This document shows, in pieces, positions 1 through 12,982 of a DNA stretch of 64,000 bases. The stretch is from Eledone cirrhosa. Taxonomy: Eukaryota. Where the stretch lies: contig OZ024742.1 in assembly GCA_964016885.1 (NCBI GenBank), positions 197,408,001-197,472,000 of the forward strand. Reading direction: 5' to 3'. The translations under genes and the position numbers were made by a program. Under the pieces are notes generated by a model. That model was not told the origin of the DNA and did no database searches. It was given only the letters and a program-made list of their open reading frames with translations. Each line of letters begins with the position of its first letter. Position 1 is the first letter of the stretch.

Positions 1-19
1 CCTGGTGTATATGTTTCAC

Positions 20-340
20 AGACACACACCTCTTCCAGTAAACCGACACTGGAATTATCTTGATGGTGTAAGGTGGTGTTGGCCTCGTTTGTGTAATTTC
101 AATCCTCAATATTTTGTTATTTTTCCGATTTTTTTCAAATATATTTTGTGATCTTTTTGGATGGTAACATCAATGATCTGACATTTTTGATTATTTCTGT
201 CATAATTATAATACCACATCTGTTGTGTTCAAGTGTGTGGTCAGAGTATCTTGGGTTTGTTTCTATCATCATAGACACTTTCTGGGACATGTTGTTACCA
301 CTTGTAACACCTGATATACATGTTGTTTGCTTATTGACCA
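20..340 (-). mobile_element. Decayed R4/Dong-like non-LTR retrotransposon, restriction-like endonuclease (RLE) fragment
   Basis: Minus-strand translation across frameshifts gives KW*QHVPESV...DHTLEHNR...KCQIIDVT...KITKY..RIEI...KIIPV, collinear with the RLE ORF at 12391-12690. Confidence 0.6.
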
Positions 341-477
341 ACGAAGGTACATACAGACCTGGTTATATTTTTTATACTCTTTTTAAGCTAGCATTTTGCA
401 AGAGCTCACTATGTGTATTCATTCTACACAGTCGGCACTTCACACGTACACTAATATAATACCACATATTCATTAAT

Positions 478-875
478 ATAATTGTTTCTACTTTTGGCAC
501 AAGGCCAGCAATTATCCCAGTGTATTACTGGTGCTTTATTTTATCGACCCCGTAATGATGAAAGGCAAAGTTAATAATTTTCATTAATATAATATAATAA
601 ATTCGATTTAGTACTCGGCAGAGCATCAGCTACCATGATCTGCAGCATAGATTTATGGCCCTTTACGTTCTGAGTTCAAATCCCGCCGAGGTTAACTTTG
701 CCTTTCATCCTTATGGGGTCGATAAGATAAAGCACCAGTAATGTACTGGGGTAATTGCTGGCCTTGTGTCAAAAGTAGAAACAATTATTATTATTCAACA
801 TGCTTTGCAGTATATAGTTACGGTCCATTACGTTCTGAGTTTAAATCCCACCGAGGTTAATTTTACCTTTCATCT
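478..875. mobile_element. Cluster of octopus-type tRNA-derived SINE fragments (both orientations)
   Basis: Shared motifs ctgagttcaaatcccgccgaggttaactttgcctttcatcc and ggccttgtgccaaaagtagaaacaatt. Confidence 0.8.
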
Positions 876-1219
876 ACACTACCTTAATATGACTGGAATT
901 TATAGCTAGTGTTTTATACTCTATGTTCCTGGCCCAACCAAGGAGACTGAGACTTAATCAATCTTGCTTGGGTCATGTGGAAGAGGGCTTCCGTTGTAAT
1001 ACACGAAACACTCAGTGAGTCCTGCATACAACACTAATGAAGTCTTCTGGATGAGGGTGTATGCTGAAAGACCTGAAACACTTTGAATCCAGACTACAGC
1101 ACTGATGATGTGTCCAAGGTTTTTACATCCGTGGACGTTTGATATTCTGAGAGTAAAATATATTGTGATACCACTGGTTGTTTTACTGCGGCTTCATGGT
1201 GAAGAGTTAGAAATAAAAG

Positions 1220-1880
1220 GATGCTAATGTGGTGACACGTGGCGGTATGTTAGATATAGAGAGTGTTAATGTAGTAACATGTGGTGGTGTGGTAGAAATG
1301 GAAGAATGATAATTTGGCTACATGTGAAGGTATGTTAGATATGGAAGTATGTTAATTAGGTAACATGTGGTGGTGTGATAGAAATGAAACTATGTTAATG
1401 TGGTTACATGTGGTGATGGTTAAATATGGAAGTGTGTTAATGTAGTTACATGTGGTTGTGTGTTAAATATGGAAGAGTGTTAATGTGGTGACATGGTGGT
1501 GACATGCGGTGGTGTGGTAGAAATGGAAGTATGTTAATCTGGTGACATGTGGTGGTGAGCTAGAAATAGGAAGATGTTAATGTAGTGACATGTGGTGGTG
1601 TGTTAGAAATGAAAGAGTGTTAATGTGGTGACATGTGGTGACATGTGATAGTGTGTTAAATATGGGCTGGTGTTAATGTAATGACATGTGGTGGTGTGTT
1701 ATAAATAGAAGAGTGATAATTTGGCTACATGTGGTGGTGTGGTAGATGTGGTTACATGTGGTAGTGTGTTAGAAATGGAAGTGTTTTAATGCGGTCACAT
1801 GTGGTGATATATTAGATATGGAAGTGTTTTAATGTGGTGACATGTGGTGGTGTGTTAAACAATAAAAGATATACATGTGA
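1220..1880. repeat. Degenerate minisatellite, ~43-bp unit
   Basis: Recurrent gttaatgtggtgacatgtggtggtgtgttagaaatggaagt. Confidence 0.85.
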
Positions 1881-1937
1881 CAAACGGAGCAGACGTGAAT
1901 CTCATGATCAAGTCATCAATAACGTGACAAAGCTAAC

Positions 1938-3005
1938 AATAATTGTTTCTACTTTTGGAACAAGGCCAGCAATGACCCAGTGTCTTACTGGTACTTTATT
2001 TTATCGACCCCGTAAGGATGAAAGGCAAAGTTAACCAAAGCTAACAATAATATTCTCAACTAATGATCCACTTAAAGAAAAGAGTATCAATGTTACAAAG
2101 TATTAGTGGAAATATAAAGGTTTCTGATTTAGGCACAAGGCCAGCAATTTTGAGAAAGGGGTAAAGTCGATTAAATCGACCCAGTTCGTTACTGGTACTT
2201 TATCCCTCGGACCGCAAAGGGCTATAACTCTATGCTGCAAAGCATGGCATCCGACCATCTACTGATATTGCCAATTCACTGATTAATAATAATTGTTTCT
2301 GTTTTAGGCACAAGGCCAACAATTTGGGGGAGGAGAAAGTTGATTAAATCGACCCCAGTGTGTTACTGGTACTTTATTTTATCGACCCCGTAAAAATAAA
2401 AGGTAGAGCTAACCTCGGCGGGATTTGAAATCAGATCGTAAAGGGCCTAAACTCTATGTTGCGAAATATAGCGTTCGACGCTCTACTGATACTTCCAATC
2501 CACTGACCTACCTGACTAATAATAATTGTTTCTACTTTTGGCACAAGGCCAGCAATTAACCAGTGCATTACTGGTACTTTATTTTATCGACCCCGTAAGG
2601 ATGAAAGGCAAAGTCAACCTGATCAATAATAATTGTTTCTACTTCAGGCACAAGGCCAGCAAATACCCAGTACATTACTGGTACTTTATTTTATCGACCC
2701 CGTAAGGTTGAAAGGCAAAGTCAACCTGATCAATAATATTTGTTTCTACTTTAGGCACAAGGCCAGCAATTACCCAGTACATTACTGGTGCTTTATTTTA
2801 TCGACCCCGTAAGGATGAAAGGCAAAGTCAACCTGATTAATAATAATGATTTCTAGTATAGGCACAAGGCCAGTCATTTGAGGGGAGAGGAAAGTCGATT
2901 AAATCGACTCCAGTTCGTTACTGGTACTTTATTTTATCGACCCCGTAAGGATGAACGGCAAAGTTAACCTCGGCGGGATTTGAACTCAGAACATAAAAAG
3001 ACGTA
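1938..3005 (-). mobile_element. Head-to-tail array of SINE copies and 3' halves
   Basis: About seven repeats of aattgtttctactttaggcacaaggccagcaa...ttatcgaccccgtaaggatgaaaggcaaag. Confidence 0.85.
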
Positions 3006-3299
3006 AATTACTGGGAATGTAATGATATATTACATTTCCATATTACCCCTTCCCGGGAGCCTACGTGTTGGACTTGTATATACTAAAAACTACAGGCACA
3101 CATTGGGATCTCATTTGATTGGAGGACACAAGAAAGTAGATGAATCAAATTTCAGTTTAGTTTGAGTTCTTTGTGGGGAGGAAATATATTGGAAAGTCTC
3201 GGCTTTGGGGTCAGGGGATTGAAAAGGCTTCAGTTAAAAATCAAAATCATCCCACAGTTTTAGGAAGCTTCTTATTGCTCACTGGTGCTACTGTTACTG

Positions 3300-3843
3300 T
3301 GTTTGAGGAAGAGAGAGGAGGCGTGAGAGTGATGTTGTGGGAGAGGGGAGACATGAGAAGGAGCTAGAGTGGGAGATAGGAGTGAGAGAAAAGACGTGTG
3401 AAGGTGGTGGCATGGGAGAGAGGAAGTTGTCGTGAGAGAAAAATGGGTCGTGGGAAAGAGAGAAGGGGAGAAAGAAAGCACGAAAGGGAGGACGTGAGAC
3501 AAAGAGGTCGTGAGAGAGTATAGAGGGAGGGGTGAGAGAGAGAAAGAAGAAAAGAGCGAGACAGGGAGTGGCGTCGTAAGAAAGAGAACGTGAGGGAGAG
3601 AGAACGTGAGGGAGAGAGAACGTGAGGGAGAGAGAACGTGAGAGGGTGAGGGTATGAGAGATAAAGGAAGAGATAGAAAGAGAGAGAGAGAGAGATGGAG
3701 AGTGGGCACATGTGAGGAAGGGTCAGAGAGAGTGGGAGCGTGAGAGAGATAAATAAATAGCAAGAGAGAGGGGGAGTGGGGCATGGGAAAAAGAGCGTGA
3801 GAGAGTGGGCGTGGGAAAAAGAGCAGGAGTGAGTGGGGGAGTG

Positions 3844-3878
<35 letters not shown>

Positions 3879-4350
3879 AAAAAAATATATATATAGAGAG
3901 AGAGCGAGAGAGAGAGAAAAAAAAAATATATATATATAGAGAGAGAGAGATGGGGGGGGGGGATCATATGTAAACATATTTCCAGATTAACAGACGAAGG
4001 ACAACAATTTCCAGATGTCAACAAAAGATGTCACTGAAATCTTAAATAATATCATTACAGTTACCACTGTTGCACTTTCAGGCTCTACTCTCTCTTTCTC
4101 TTTCTCTTTCCCTCTCCATCTTTCTTTCTCGTGCTGCACTCTCAGGGTCTAATCTCTCTCTCTCTCTTTCACTCTCTCTCTCTTTCTTTCTCCCTCTTTC
4201 CCTCTCTATCTTACTTTCTTTCTCGTACTTCACTTTCAGATTGTACTTTCTCTGTCTCTTTCTTCCTTTTTCTTTCTCTCTTTCTCTTTCTTTCTCTATC
4301 TCTCTCTTCTTCTTTCCATCTCTCTTTCTCTCTCTCTCTTTTTGAGAGAG
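3300..4350. repeat. Purine-rich (GA) tract followed by pyrimidine-rich (CT) tract
   Basis: Low-complexity GA/CT sequence, including short gagaacgtgagggaga repeats near 3585-3640. Confidence 0.9.
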
Positions 4351-4353
4351 AGA

Positions 4354-4885
4354 GTGGTGGTGTTAGTGGTAATGGTGGCGGTGGTGGTGGTGGTGGTGGT
4401 GTTAGTGGTGATGGTGGTGGTGGTGACGTTAGTGGTAATGGTGGTGGTGGTGGTGGTGTTAGTGGTGATGGTGGCGGTGGTGGTGGTGGTGGTGGTGGTG
4501 GTGTTAGTGGTGATGGTGGTGGTGGTGACGTTAGTGGTAATGGTGGTGGTGGTGGTGGTGGTGGTGTTAGTGGTGATGGTGTTGGTAGTGGTAGTGGTGG
4601 TGGTGATGGTGGTGGTGATGGTGGTGGTGGTGGTGGTCGTCGTGGTGGTGGTGATGGTGGTGGTGGTGGTGGTGTTAGTGGTAATGGTGGTGGTGGTGGT
4701 GTGGTGGTGGTGTTAGTGGTGATGGTGATGGTGGTGGTGGTGGTGGTGGTGGTGGTGGTGGTGGTGGTGGTGGTGGCGTTAGTGGTAATGGTGGTGGTGG
4801 TGTGGTGGTGGTGGTGGTGGTGTGGTAGTGGTGTTAGTGGTAATGGTGGTGGTGGTGTGATGGTGGTGGTGGTGGTGGTGGTAGT
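4354..4885. repeat. (GGT)n-derived microsatellite
   Basis: Direct reading. Confidence 0.95.
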
Positions 4886-5104
4886 TTGCTAATACAGTTG
4901 TATTAGAAATATATGACGGTGAATAGGGCAGAGTCGGTAGAACGCCGGATAAAATACTTTACGATATTCATCAGGATTTCCGTCTCATGAAACAGTTCTA
5001 GTCCTGTAGAAGCCATTTCTATATTAAATACTTATACTCTGCTATGTATTGAGTACCTTACTTACTGTGGTTACCCGCCATTGAACCCGGGATACACACA
5101 CACA

Positions 5105-5165
<61 letters not shown>

Positions 5166-5367
5166 CCTGGAGAAGGATATGTTCCCATGCCATGGCAAAG
5201 ATTGCCGATATATTTAATTTCAGTAAGATGTTTACATATATGCACTAATCCTATTGCATAATGTGAGTGCAGCACGGCTGGAATGAACATCAGTGCTAGG
5301 AAGACTGAGACATTCGACCTCTGAAGGAAGATTGCACAATGCACTCTACATGTGAAAGGAGTGCATT

Positions 5368-5485
5368 GAAGAAGAAGAAGAAGAAGAAGAAGAAGAAGAA
5401 GAAGAAGAAGAAGAAGAAGAAGAAGAAGAAGAAGAAGAAGAAGAAGAAGAAGAAGAAGAAGAAGAAGAAGAAGAAGAAGAAGAAG
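5368..5485. repeat. (GAA)n microsatellite
   Basis: Direct reading. Confidence 0.97.
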
Positions 5486-5504
5486 ATATAATCGTATGTG
5501 TGTC

Positions 5505-5537
<33 letters not shown>

Positions 5538-5554
5538 GTATATGATGTGAATAA

Positions 5555-6305
5555 TGGTTTCTTATATAGGCACAAGGCCTGTAATTATTGGGATGGGGAA
5601 GTCGGTTTAAATCGACCCCAGTACATTACTGGTGCTTTATTTTATCACTTTATCGACCCCGTAAGGATGAAAGACAAAGTTAACCTCGGCGGGATTTGAA
5701 CTCAGACCGTAGAGGGCCGTAACTCTAAGCTGCAAGCCATGGCGTCCGACCCTCTACCGATACTGCCAATCAACCGTCCTTGTAGGGTGTAAATAATAAA
5801 ATCAAATCAAAGCGAAGAGGAAACACAAAGGGGCCAGAATCCTCATTGTGTTACAGAATGTGACGAAAGCACTTCGACAATTAGATAACCACCCGGTTAC
5901 TTAACTAACCGAGAAAGATTAGTTACCTGATTAATAATTGTTTCTACATTTGGCACAAGGCCAGCAATTACCCAGTGCATTACTGGTACTTTATTTTATC
6001 GACCCCGTAAGGATGAAAGGCAAAGTTAACCTCGGCGGCATTATTATTAATCAGTTACCTGATTAATAATAATTGTTTCTATTTTAGGCACAAGGCCAAC
6101 AATTTGGGAGAGGAGGGGAATGTCGATTAAATCCACTCCAGTGTGTTACTGGTACTTTATTTTATTGACCCCGTAAAAATAAAAGGCAAAACTAATCTCG
6201 GCAGGATTTGAAATCAGAAAATAAAGGGCCATAACTCTATGTTACAAAGTATGTTGTTCGACTATCTACCGATACTACCAATCCACTGTCTTACCTGATT
6301 AATAA
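5555..6305 (-). mobile_element. Three SINE copies of the dominant family
   Basis: Same SINE motifs; tRNA-like head ...ccgatactgccaatc(c)accg. Confidence 0.85.
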
Positions 6306-6396
6306 TAATAAAACCAAGTGAAACTCAACTGATGCGTATGTTTTTATTGGTGACATGGCCCTTCCAATGTATAGCAATATATATTCATAAATATGT

Positions 6397-6432
<36 letters not shown>

Positions 6433-6877
6433 TTGTGTTGGGTTTTATATGGATTGCCGTTACAATAATACTGAATTGCCAGGCCATCTCCGAATCAAAT
6501 TGGTCTTCCATTTTCTATTGTCTGTTTGTGTTCGACATAATCGTTATCTTATCGAACTACTTTTGCAATTAACACTTGATGAAATCGCCAATGTCTTGAA
6601 TTGATCGAATGATGAAACTGGACCATCGAAATATGTATAGTGTTTACGCAGAATTAAAATTTTAAAGAAAGTTTCCACTCTGGCCTTCTGTTGATTTTCA
6701 TGTATGTATATATATATAGAGGATGTCCCCTAAAAATGTATACACACTACAACAGCATTCTAATAAATGTGTATACATTTTGGGGGGATACCCTATATAT
6801 ATATATATATATATGTGAAGTAATTCCGTCGGAAAAGTCCAAGAAAAAAGAGTGCTCTATGTAGGTAACAGAGCTTA

Positions 6878-7119
6878 ATAGTTATGTAATAAACAACATA
6901 AGGCAATTATTCCATTTACCAGTGGTTTCTTAAAAGAAAATAATTTGGCTTTCAATCCTCAGAATGAAAAAATCCTGGTCTGTTTATTGAATTTGGATTT
7001 TAAAAATCCAAATTCAATAAACAGACCAGGATTTTTTCATTCTGAGGATTGAAAGCAAAATTTTTTGCTTTTAAGAAACCACTGGTAAATGGAATAATTG
7101 CCTTATGTTGTTTATTACA

Positions 7120-7126
<7 letters not shown>
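6878..7126. mobile_element. Palindromic (TA)n-associated mini-element carrying a hammerhead on each arm
   Basis: Near-perfect inverted repeat centred at ~7002, abutting (TA)n on the right, with a unique tail and then (TA)n on the left. Confidence 0.8.
7036..7093 (+). ncRNA. Minimal type-I hammerhead ribozyme (mirror copy at ~6911-6968 on -)
   Basis: ttcatt-CTGAGGA-stem II ttgaaagcaaaa/ttttgcttttaa-GAAA-CCACTG-GTA^-aatgga. Confidence 0.7.
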
Positions 7127-7180
<54 letters not shown>

Positions 7181-7328
7181 AGAAGTTGAAAATGCAATTG
7201 GAGTCTTTAAACTCTGCTATGTAGTATTGAGTACCTTACTTACTGTGGTTACCTCCGATTCAACCCGGAATAACTTACCTTATATATATATATATAAGAT
7301 AAAAAGATGGTTAAAAGAGTTCCATGTA

Positions 7329-7395
7329 TTTTATTATGCGCATTTCAAAAACAAATATCATCATGCAATAACATTTGTGTTTTCATCAGATAAAA
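7329..7395 (-). ncRNA. Minimal hammerhead ribozyme inside a ~225-bp TA-flanked element (~7290-7512)
   Basis: ttttat-CTGATGA-long stem II-GAAA-T-GCGC-ATA^-ataaaa; palindromic stem III; same family as 40245-40311. Confidence 0.75.
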
Positions 7396-7509
7396 TAGGA
7401 AGACATGATATGAAGGTTAAAAAACACTTGTTTTAAATCAACATATCCGATATCTGCATATCCGATATCTGCATTGCTTTATTGTACTACAATAAAACTC
7501 ACCTCCTAC

Positions 7510-7549
<40 letters not shown>

Positions 7550-7550
<1 letters not shown>

Positions 7551-8692
7551 CGGCGATGAATTAGTTTTGCGAGGTTTTTTATATGAAATCGTGTGTCGAA
7601 ACAAATATTGTTATACTTGGGGAGGGTCATATTTGTGTAATATTGCCAGAATTAATATCAGAACACACTCACTGTTTGGTTGGTTTTCGCTTCTCGCTGT
7701 CTTTTATATCGGTAATCTAACTTACTCGGTCCTCAATGTTGCCATTGACTGACCGACGGTCAAAAATAATACACATACAATATAGACACAAACACATATA
7801 TATAGTTTATCATAAATCTTTCGTTGCACATCTGCAACATCGTCAGTGGTGTTATATTTTCCTCCTGTTGTGTTGTATGTCTACGCCATTTTTATTCAGT
7901 CTGTCTATATATTTATTTATTTATTTGCTTGTTTGTTTATTTTATTTTATTTTATTATTTTATTTTATTTTATTTCGTCTTCTTTGCGCATGCGTTTGCG
8001 TGTGTGTATAATGTTATGTTTGCTGTGTGATGGGTGACTAGTGTGTGTTTATGTGCTTGTTGTTATTGTGCTTGTGTATGTATTTATTTATTTATTTATC
8101 TTATTTTATTTACTTATTTATACTTCTCTTAGGTCAGTGTTGTTTGTTTGGGTGTTGTTGTTATTCCATTCATTCTTTCTGTTTAGCTTTGGTCTTCTAA
8201 TTTCTATTTCACTGGCCTCTCTGATTTGCCTATCTGCTGGGTCATTTCTATGTTTAGATATTATTCTAATTTCTATGTTGTCTATGTTACCGTCATGTTG
8301 TTGTCTAGCATGTTCGTATAGTACTGACCCGTTTTTACGTCCTTTTAGTTCCCCCCAGTGTTGGTCTATCCTTTCACCTATGCTACGAGCTGTCTCACCT
8401 ATGTATGTTGTTGTCATGTTTCTGCAAGTACCCTCTGTACATCTTATGCTATAGACTACGTTTCTAGTTTTACAGTTTATCCGGGGGTTCACCTTACATA
8501 TGATACATTTCCTATTGGTACAGTGGGTTTTCTTAAAAGGGTAGGTTTTGCTGATCAGGGATTTTATGGTGGTTCCTGGCTTTTCTACCACCTTTATTTT
8601 TAAGTGGGTCTTTCTCAGGGCCTTTCTACACAGTGAGTGTGTTCTGTTATTAATTCTGGCAATATTACACAAATATGACCCTCCCCAAGTAT

Positions 8693-8698
<6 letters not shown>
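7550..8698 (-). mobile_element. 5'-truncated Penelope-like element: GIY-YIG endonuclease plus 3' UTR, with inverted terminal piece
   Basis: ORF 8118-8630 NVVYSIRC...YIGETARSIGERIDQH...EASEI...LN; 8630-8698 is an inverted copy of 7607-7675; (TA)n on both sides; hammerhead-like core at ~7812-7850. Confidence 0.9.
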
Positions 8699-8729
<31 letters not shown>

Positions 8730-9261
8730 CTTTATTAATAGTAATTTTTACTCATAAGATTCGAACATAATTAAATCTCGCCAAATCTAACCGATGTGCT
8801 TAAAACCTAGTTTTACAATTTTCATTGGGTTACGCCCGGTCAGTTTGGCATTTGGAAGATGTTTTCCAGTGGTGAATGGTGAATATTATCTTATCTTCTG
8901 ACACCTAAACCTGTGCAAATTTCAATGACTCAGCATATTTTCAATTCTTCTTAATATAGCTTTAAATATTCTCATTAACCTGGAATAGTTCTAGCCTTTG
9001 AGTTCAATCCACCTACTGAAATATTGCTGGGCATGCTGCCTACAGCCGAGTAAATAATTATACCCAGCTTTCCTATATCGTGCTAACTCCTACAACTAGG
9101 CACTGCCAAATCTTTCTCTTTCAACCTCATCCTTGTGAGATGTTGCCAACATTTATATTACACCACATAAAATTCCGTTAGGTTGTCAAGAATGAGATTC
9201 CAAATGTTTCAAAGTTCACGCCCCAACAGCATGAGACTGTGTGATAATTGTCGATGTGGTA

Positions 9262-11985
9262 CCTGTGGATATAGTAGTAGTGATAGTGGTGGTAGTGGTG
9301 GTATTGGTTGTGGTGGCGATAGTGGTGGTGGTGATTGTGGTGGTGATAGTGGTGGTGATAGTGGTGGCGATAGTAGTGGTATTGGTTGTGGTGGCGATAG
9401 TGGTGGTGGTGATTGTGGTGGTGATAGTGGTGGTGATAGTGGTGGTATTGGTTGTGGTGGCGATAGTGGTGGTGGTGATTGTGGTGGTGATAGTGGTGGT
9501 GATAGTGGTGGCGATAGTAGTGGTATTGGTTGTGGTGGCGATAGTGGTGGTGGTGATTGTGGTGGTGATAGTGGTGGTGATAGTGGTGGTATTGGTTGTG
9601 GTGGCGATAGTGGTGGTGGTGATTGTGGTGGTGATAGTGGTGGTGATAGTGGTGGCGATAGTAGTGGTATTGGTTGTGGTGGCGATAGTGGTGGTGGTGA
9701 TTGTGGTGGTGATAGTGGTGGTGATAGTGGTGGTATTGGTTGTGGTGGCGATAGTGGTGGTGGTGATTGTGGTGGTGATAGTGGTGGTGATAGTGGTGGC
9801 GATAGTAGTGGTATTGGTTGTGGTGGCGATAGTGGTGGTGGTGATTGTGGTGGTGATAGTGGTGGTGATAGTGGTGGTATTGGTTGTGGTGGCGATAGTG
9901 GTGGTGGTGATTGTGGTGGTGATAGTGGTGGTGATAGTGGTGGCGATAGTAGTGGTATTGGTTGTGGTGGCGATAGTGGTGGTGGTGATTGTGGTGGTGA
10001 TAGTGGTGGTGATAGTGGTGGCGATAGTAGTGGTATTGGTTGTGGTGGCGATAGTGGTGGTGGTGATTGTGGTGGTGATAGTGGTGGTGATAGTAGTGGT
10101 ATTGGTTGTGGTGGCGATAGTGGTGGTGGTGATTGTGGTGGTGATAGTGGTGGTGATAGTGGTGGCGATAGTAGTGGTATTGGTTGTGGTGGCGATAGTG
10201 GTGGTGGTGATTGTGGTGGTGATAGTGGTGGTGATAGTAGTGGTGGTAGTGGTGGTATTGGTTGTGGTGGCGATAGTGGTGGTGGTGATAGTGGTGGTAG
10301 TGATAGTGGTGGTGGTGATTGTGGTGGTGATATTTGTGGTGATAGTGGTGGTGATAGTAGTGGTGGTAGTGGTGGTATTGGTTGTGGTGGCGATAGTGGT
10401 GGTAGTGATAGTGGTGGTATTGGTTGTGGTGGCGATAGTGGTGGTAGTGATAGTGGTGGTATTGGTTGTGGTGGCGATAGTGGTGGTAGTGATAGTGGTG
10501 GTATTGGTTGTGGTGGCGATAGTGTTGGTGATAGTAGTGGTGGTGATAGTGGTGGTAGTGATAGTGGTGGTAGTGATAGTGGTGGTATTGGTTGTGGTGG
10601 CGATAGTGGTGGTGGTGATAGTGGTGGTAGTGATAGTGGTGGTGGTGATAGTGGTGGTAGTGATAGTGGTGGTAGTGATAGTGGTGGTAGTGATAGTGGT
10701 GGTATTGGTTGTGGTGGCGATAGTGGTGGTGGTGATAGTGGTGGTGGTGATAGTGGTGGTAGTGATAGTGGTGGTATTGGTTGTGGTGGCGATAGTGGTG
10801 GTGGTGATTGTGGTGGTGATAGTGGTGGTAGTGATAGTGGTGGTATTGGTTGTGGTGGAGATAGTGGTGGTGGTGATTGTGGTGGTGATAGTGGTGGTAG
10901 TGATAGTGGTGGTATTGGTTGTGGTGGTGGTGATAGTGGTGGTGATAGTGGTGGTAGTGATAGTGGTGGTATTGGTTGTGGTGGAGATAGTGGTGGTGGT
11001 GATTGTGGTGGTGATAGTGGTGGTGATAGTGGTGGTGATAGTGGTGGTATTGATAGTGGTGGTGGTGATAGTGGTGGTGATAGTGGTGGTGATAGTGGTG
11101 GTGATAGTAGTGGTGGTAGTGGTGATATTGGTTGTGGTGGCGATAGTGGTGGTGGTGATTGTGGTGGTGATATTTGTGGTGATAGTGGTGGTGATAGTGG
11201 TGGTGGTAGTGGTGGTATTGGTTGTGGTGGCGATAATGGTGGTTGTGACGGTGGTGGTATTGGTTGTGGTGGCGATAGTTGTGGTAGTGATAGTGGTAGT
11301 AGTGATAGTGGTGGCGATAGTGTTGGTGATAGTAGTGGTGGTGATAGTGGTGGTGATAGTGGTGGTGGTGATAGTGGTGGTGATAGTGGTGGTGGTGATA
11401 GTGGTGGCGATAGTGTTGGTGATAGTGGTGGTGATAGGGGTGGTAGTGATAGTGGTGGTGATAGTGGTGGTGGTGATAGTGGTGGTGGTGATAGTGGTGG
11501 TGATAGTTGTGGTGATAGTTGTGGTGATAGTGGTGGTAGTGATAGTGAAGGTATTGGTTGTGGTGGTGATAGTGGTCGTATTGGTTGTGGTGGCGATAGT
11601 GTTGGCGATAGTGGTGGTGATAGTAGTGGTGGTGATAGTGGTGGTGGTGATAGTGGTGGTGGTGATAGTGGTGGTGATAGTGGTGGTGGTGATAGTGGTG
11701 GCGATAGTGTTGCTGATAGTGGTGGTGATAGTAGTGGTGGTGATAGTGGTGGTGATAGTGGTGGTGGTGAAAGTAGTGGTATTGGTTGTTGTGGTGATAG
11801 TGTTGGTGATAGTGGTGGTGGTGTTAGTGGTGGTGATAGGGGTGGTAATAGTGGTGGTGATAGTAGGAGGGATAGTAGTGGTGATGATCGTGGTGGTTTT
11901 GGTTGTGGGTATTGTGGGAGTGGTCTGATATTTGTTGAAATGGTACCTGCGTATGTAGTTTGGTGATAGTGGGGGTGGTAGTGGA
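9262..11985. repeat. GGT/GAT/AGT triplet minisatellite with 144-bp (78+66) higher-order repeat
   Basis: tagtagtggtattgg recurs every 144 bp from ~9371 to ~9950, then decays. Confidence 0.92.
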
Positions 11986-12299
11986 GAAGGATGAAAAGCA
12001 AAGTTAACCTCGGCGGGATTTGAATTCAGAACGTAAAGGGTCGTAACTATATGCTGCAAAGCATCATATCCGACCCTCTACCGATACTGCCAATCCACCG
12101 CCCTGAATAATTGTTTCTACTTTTGGCGCAAGGCCAAATTTATTCCAGTGTATTACTGGTACTTTATTTTATCGACCCCGTAAGGATGAAAGGCAAAGGT
12201 AACCTCGGTGGGATTTGAACTCAGAAGTTAAAAGGACATAACCCTATGCTGTAAAGGATGTTATTCGACGTTCTAATGAGACTGCCAATCCACCGCCCT

Positions 12300-12300
<1 letters not shown>
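11986..12300 (-). mobile_element. Two SINE copies
   Basis: Dominant SINE motifs ending in gccaatccaccgccct. Confidence 0.85.
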
Positions 12301-12330
<30 letters not shown>

Positions 12331-12359
12331 AAGAAGAAGAAGAAGAAGAAGAAGAAGAA

Positions 12360-12763
12360 ACTGGAACACAATAGACCTGACCTGGTAGTTGTGGACAAAG
12401 AAAAAAGATCGTGCCTGATTGTGGATGTGGCCTGCCCATTCAACACGAGAGTGCAAGAGAAGGAGAGGGAGAAAATTAACCGATACCAGGACTTAAAGTG
12501 GGAGGTAAAAAGGATTTGGAACTGCCATGAAGTCAAAGTGATCCCGATTGTCATAGGCGCACTGGGGACTATCTCAAAAAGTTTCCAGAGATGGTTAAAG
12601 AAAATTGGCCCCTTCACGCTTTTTAGAACGCTTCAAAAGGCATGCTTGCTGGGAACAGCAAGAACCCTCCGATACGTCCTGAATATCTGTAGTGGCTTGA
12701 TATTCATTTCAACAAACTTTCCAGTTAACTAACATCAATGACTGAGACTCAAAGAGTAATAAC

Positions 12764-12806
<43 letters not shown>
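12360..12806 (+). mobile_element. 3' end of R4/Dong-like non-LTR retrotransposon (RLE domain, (TAA)n tail)
   Basis: LEHNRPDLVVVD...IVDVACP...EKINRYQDLKWE...VIPIVIGALG...LQKACLLGTARTLRYVL, then short UTR and (TAA)n. Confidence 0.88.
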
Positions 12807-12808
<2 letters not shown>

Positions 12809-12982
12809 TGTTTCTACTTTTGGCACAAGGCCAGCAATTACCCAGTACATTACTGGTACTTTATTTTATCGACCCCGTAAGGATGAAAGGCAAAGTTAAC
12901 CTCGGCGGGATTTGAACTCAGACCGCAAAGGGACGTAACTATGCTGGAAAGCATGGCGTCCGACTCTCTACCGATACTGCCA
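12805..12982 (-). mobile_element. SINE inserted in the (TAA)n tail
   Basis: Dominant SINE motifs flanked by (TAA)n. Confidence 0.85.

Noticed and set aside
1030-1095. Hammerhead-like CTAATGAAGTCTT...AAGACCTGAAAC
   Set aside because: Core mismatched and stems I and III do not pair convincingly
9183-12059. Four ~900-aa ORFs (Gly/Asp/Ser, Pro/Ser/Leu, Thr/Ile, Val/Ile rich)
   Set aside because: Open frames arise from a triplet repeat on both strands; no unique domain, and the minus ORFs start inside a SINE
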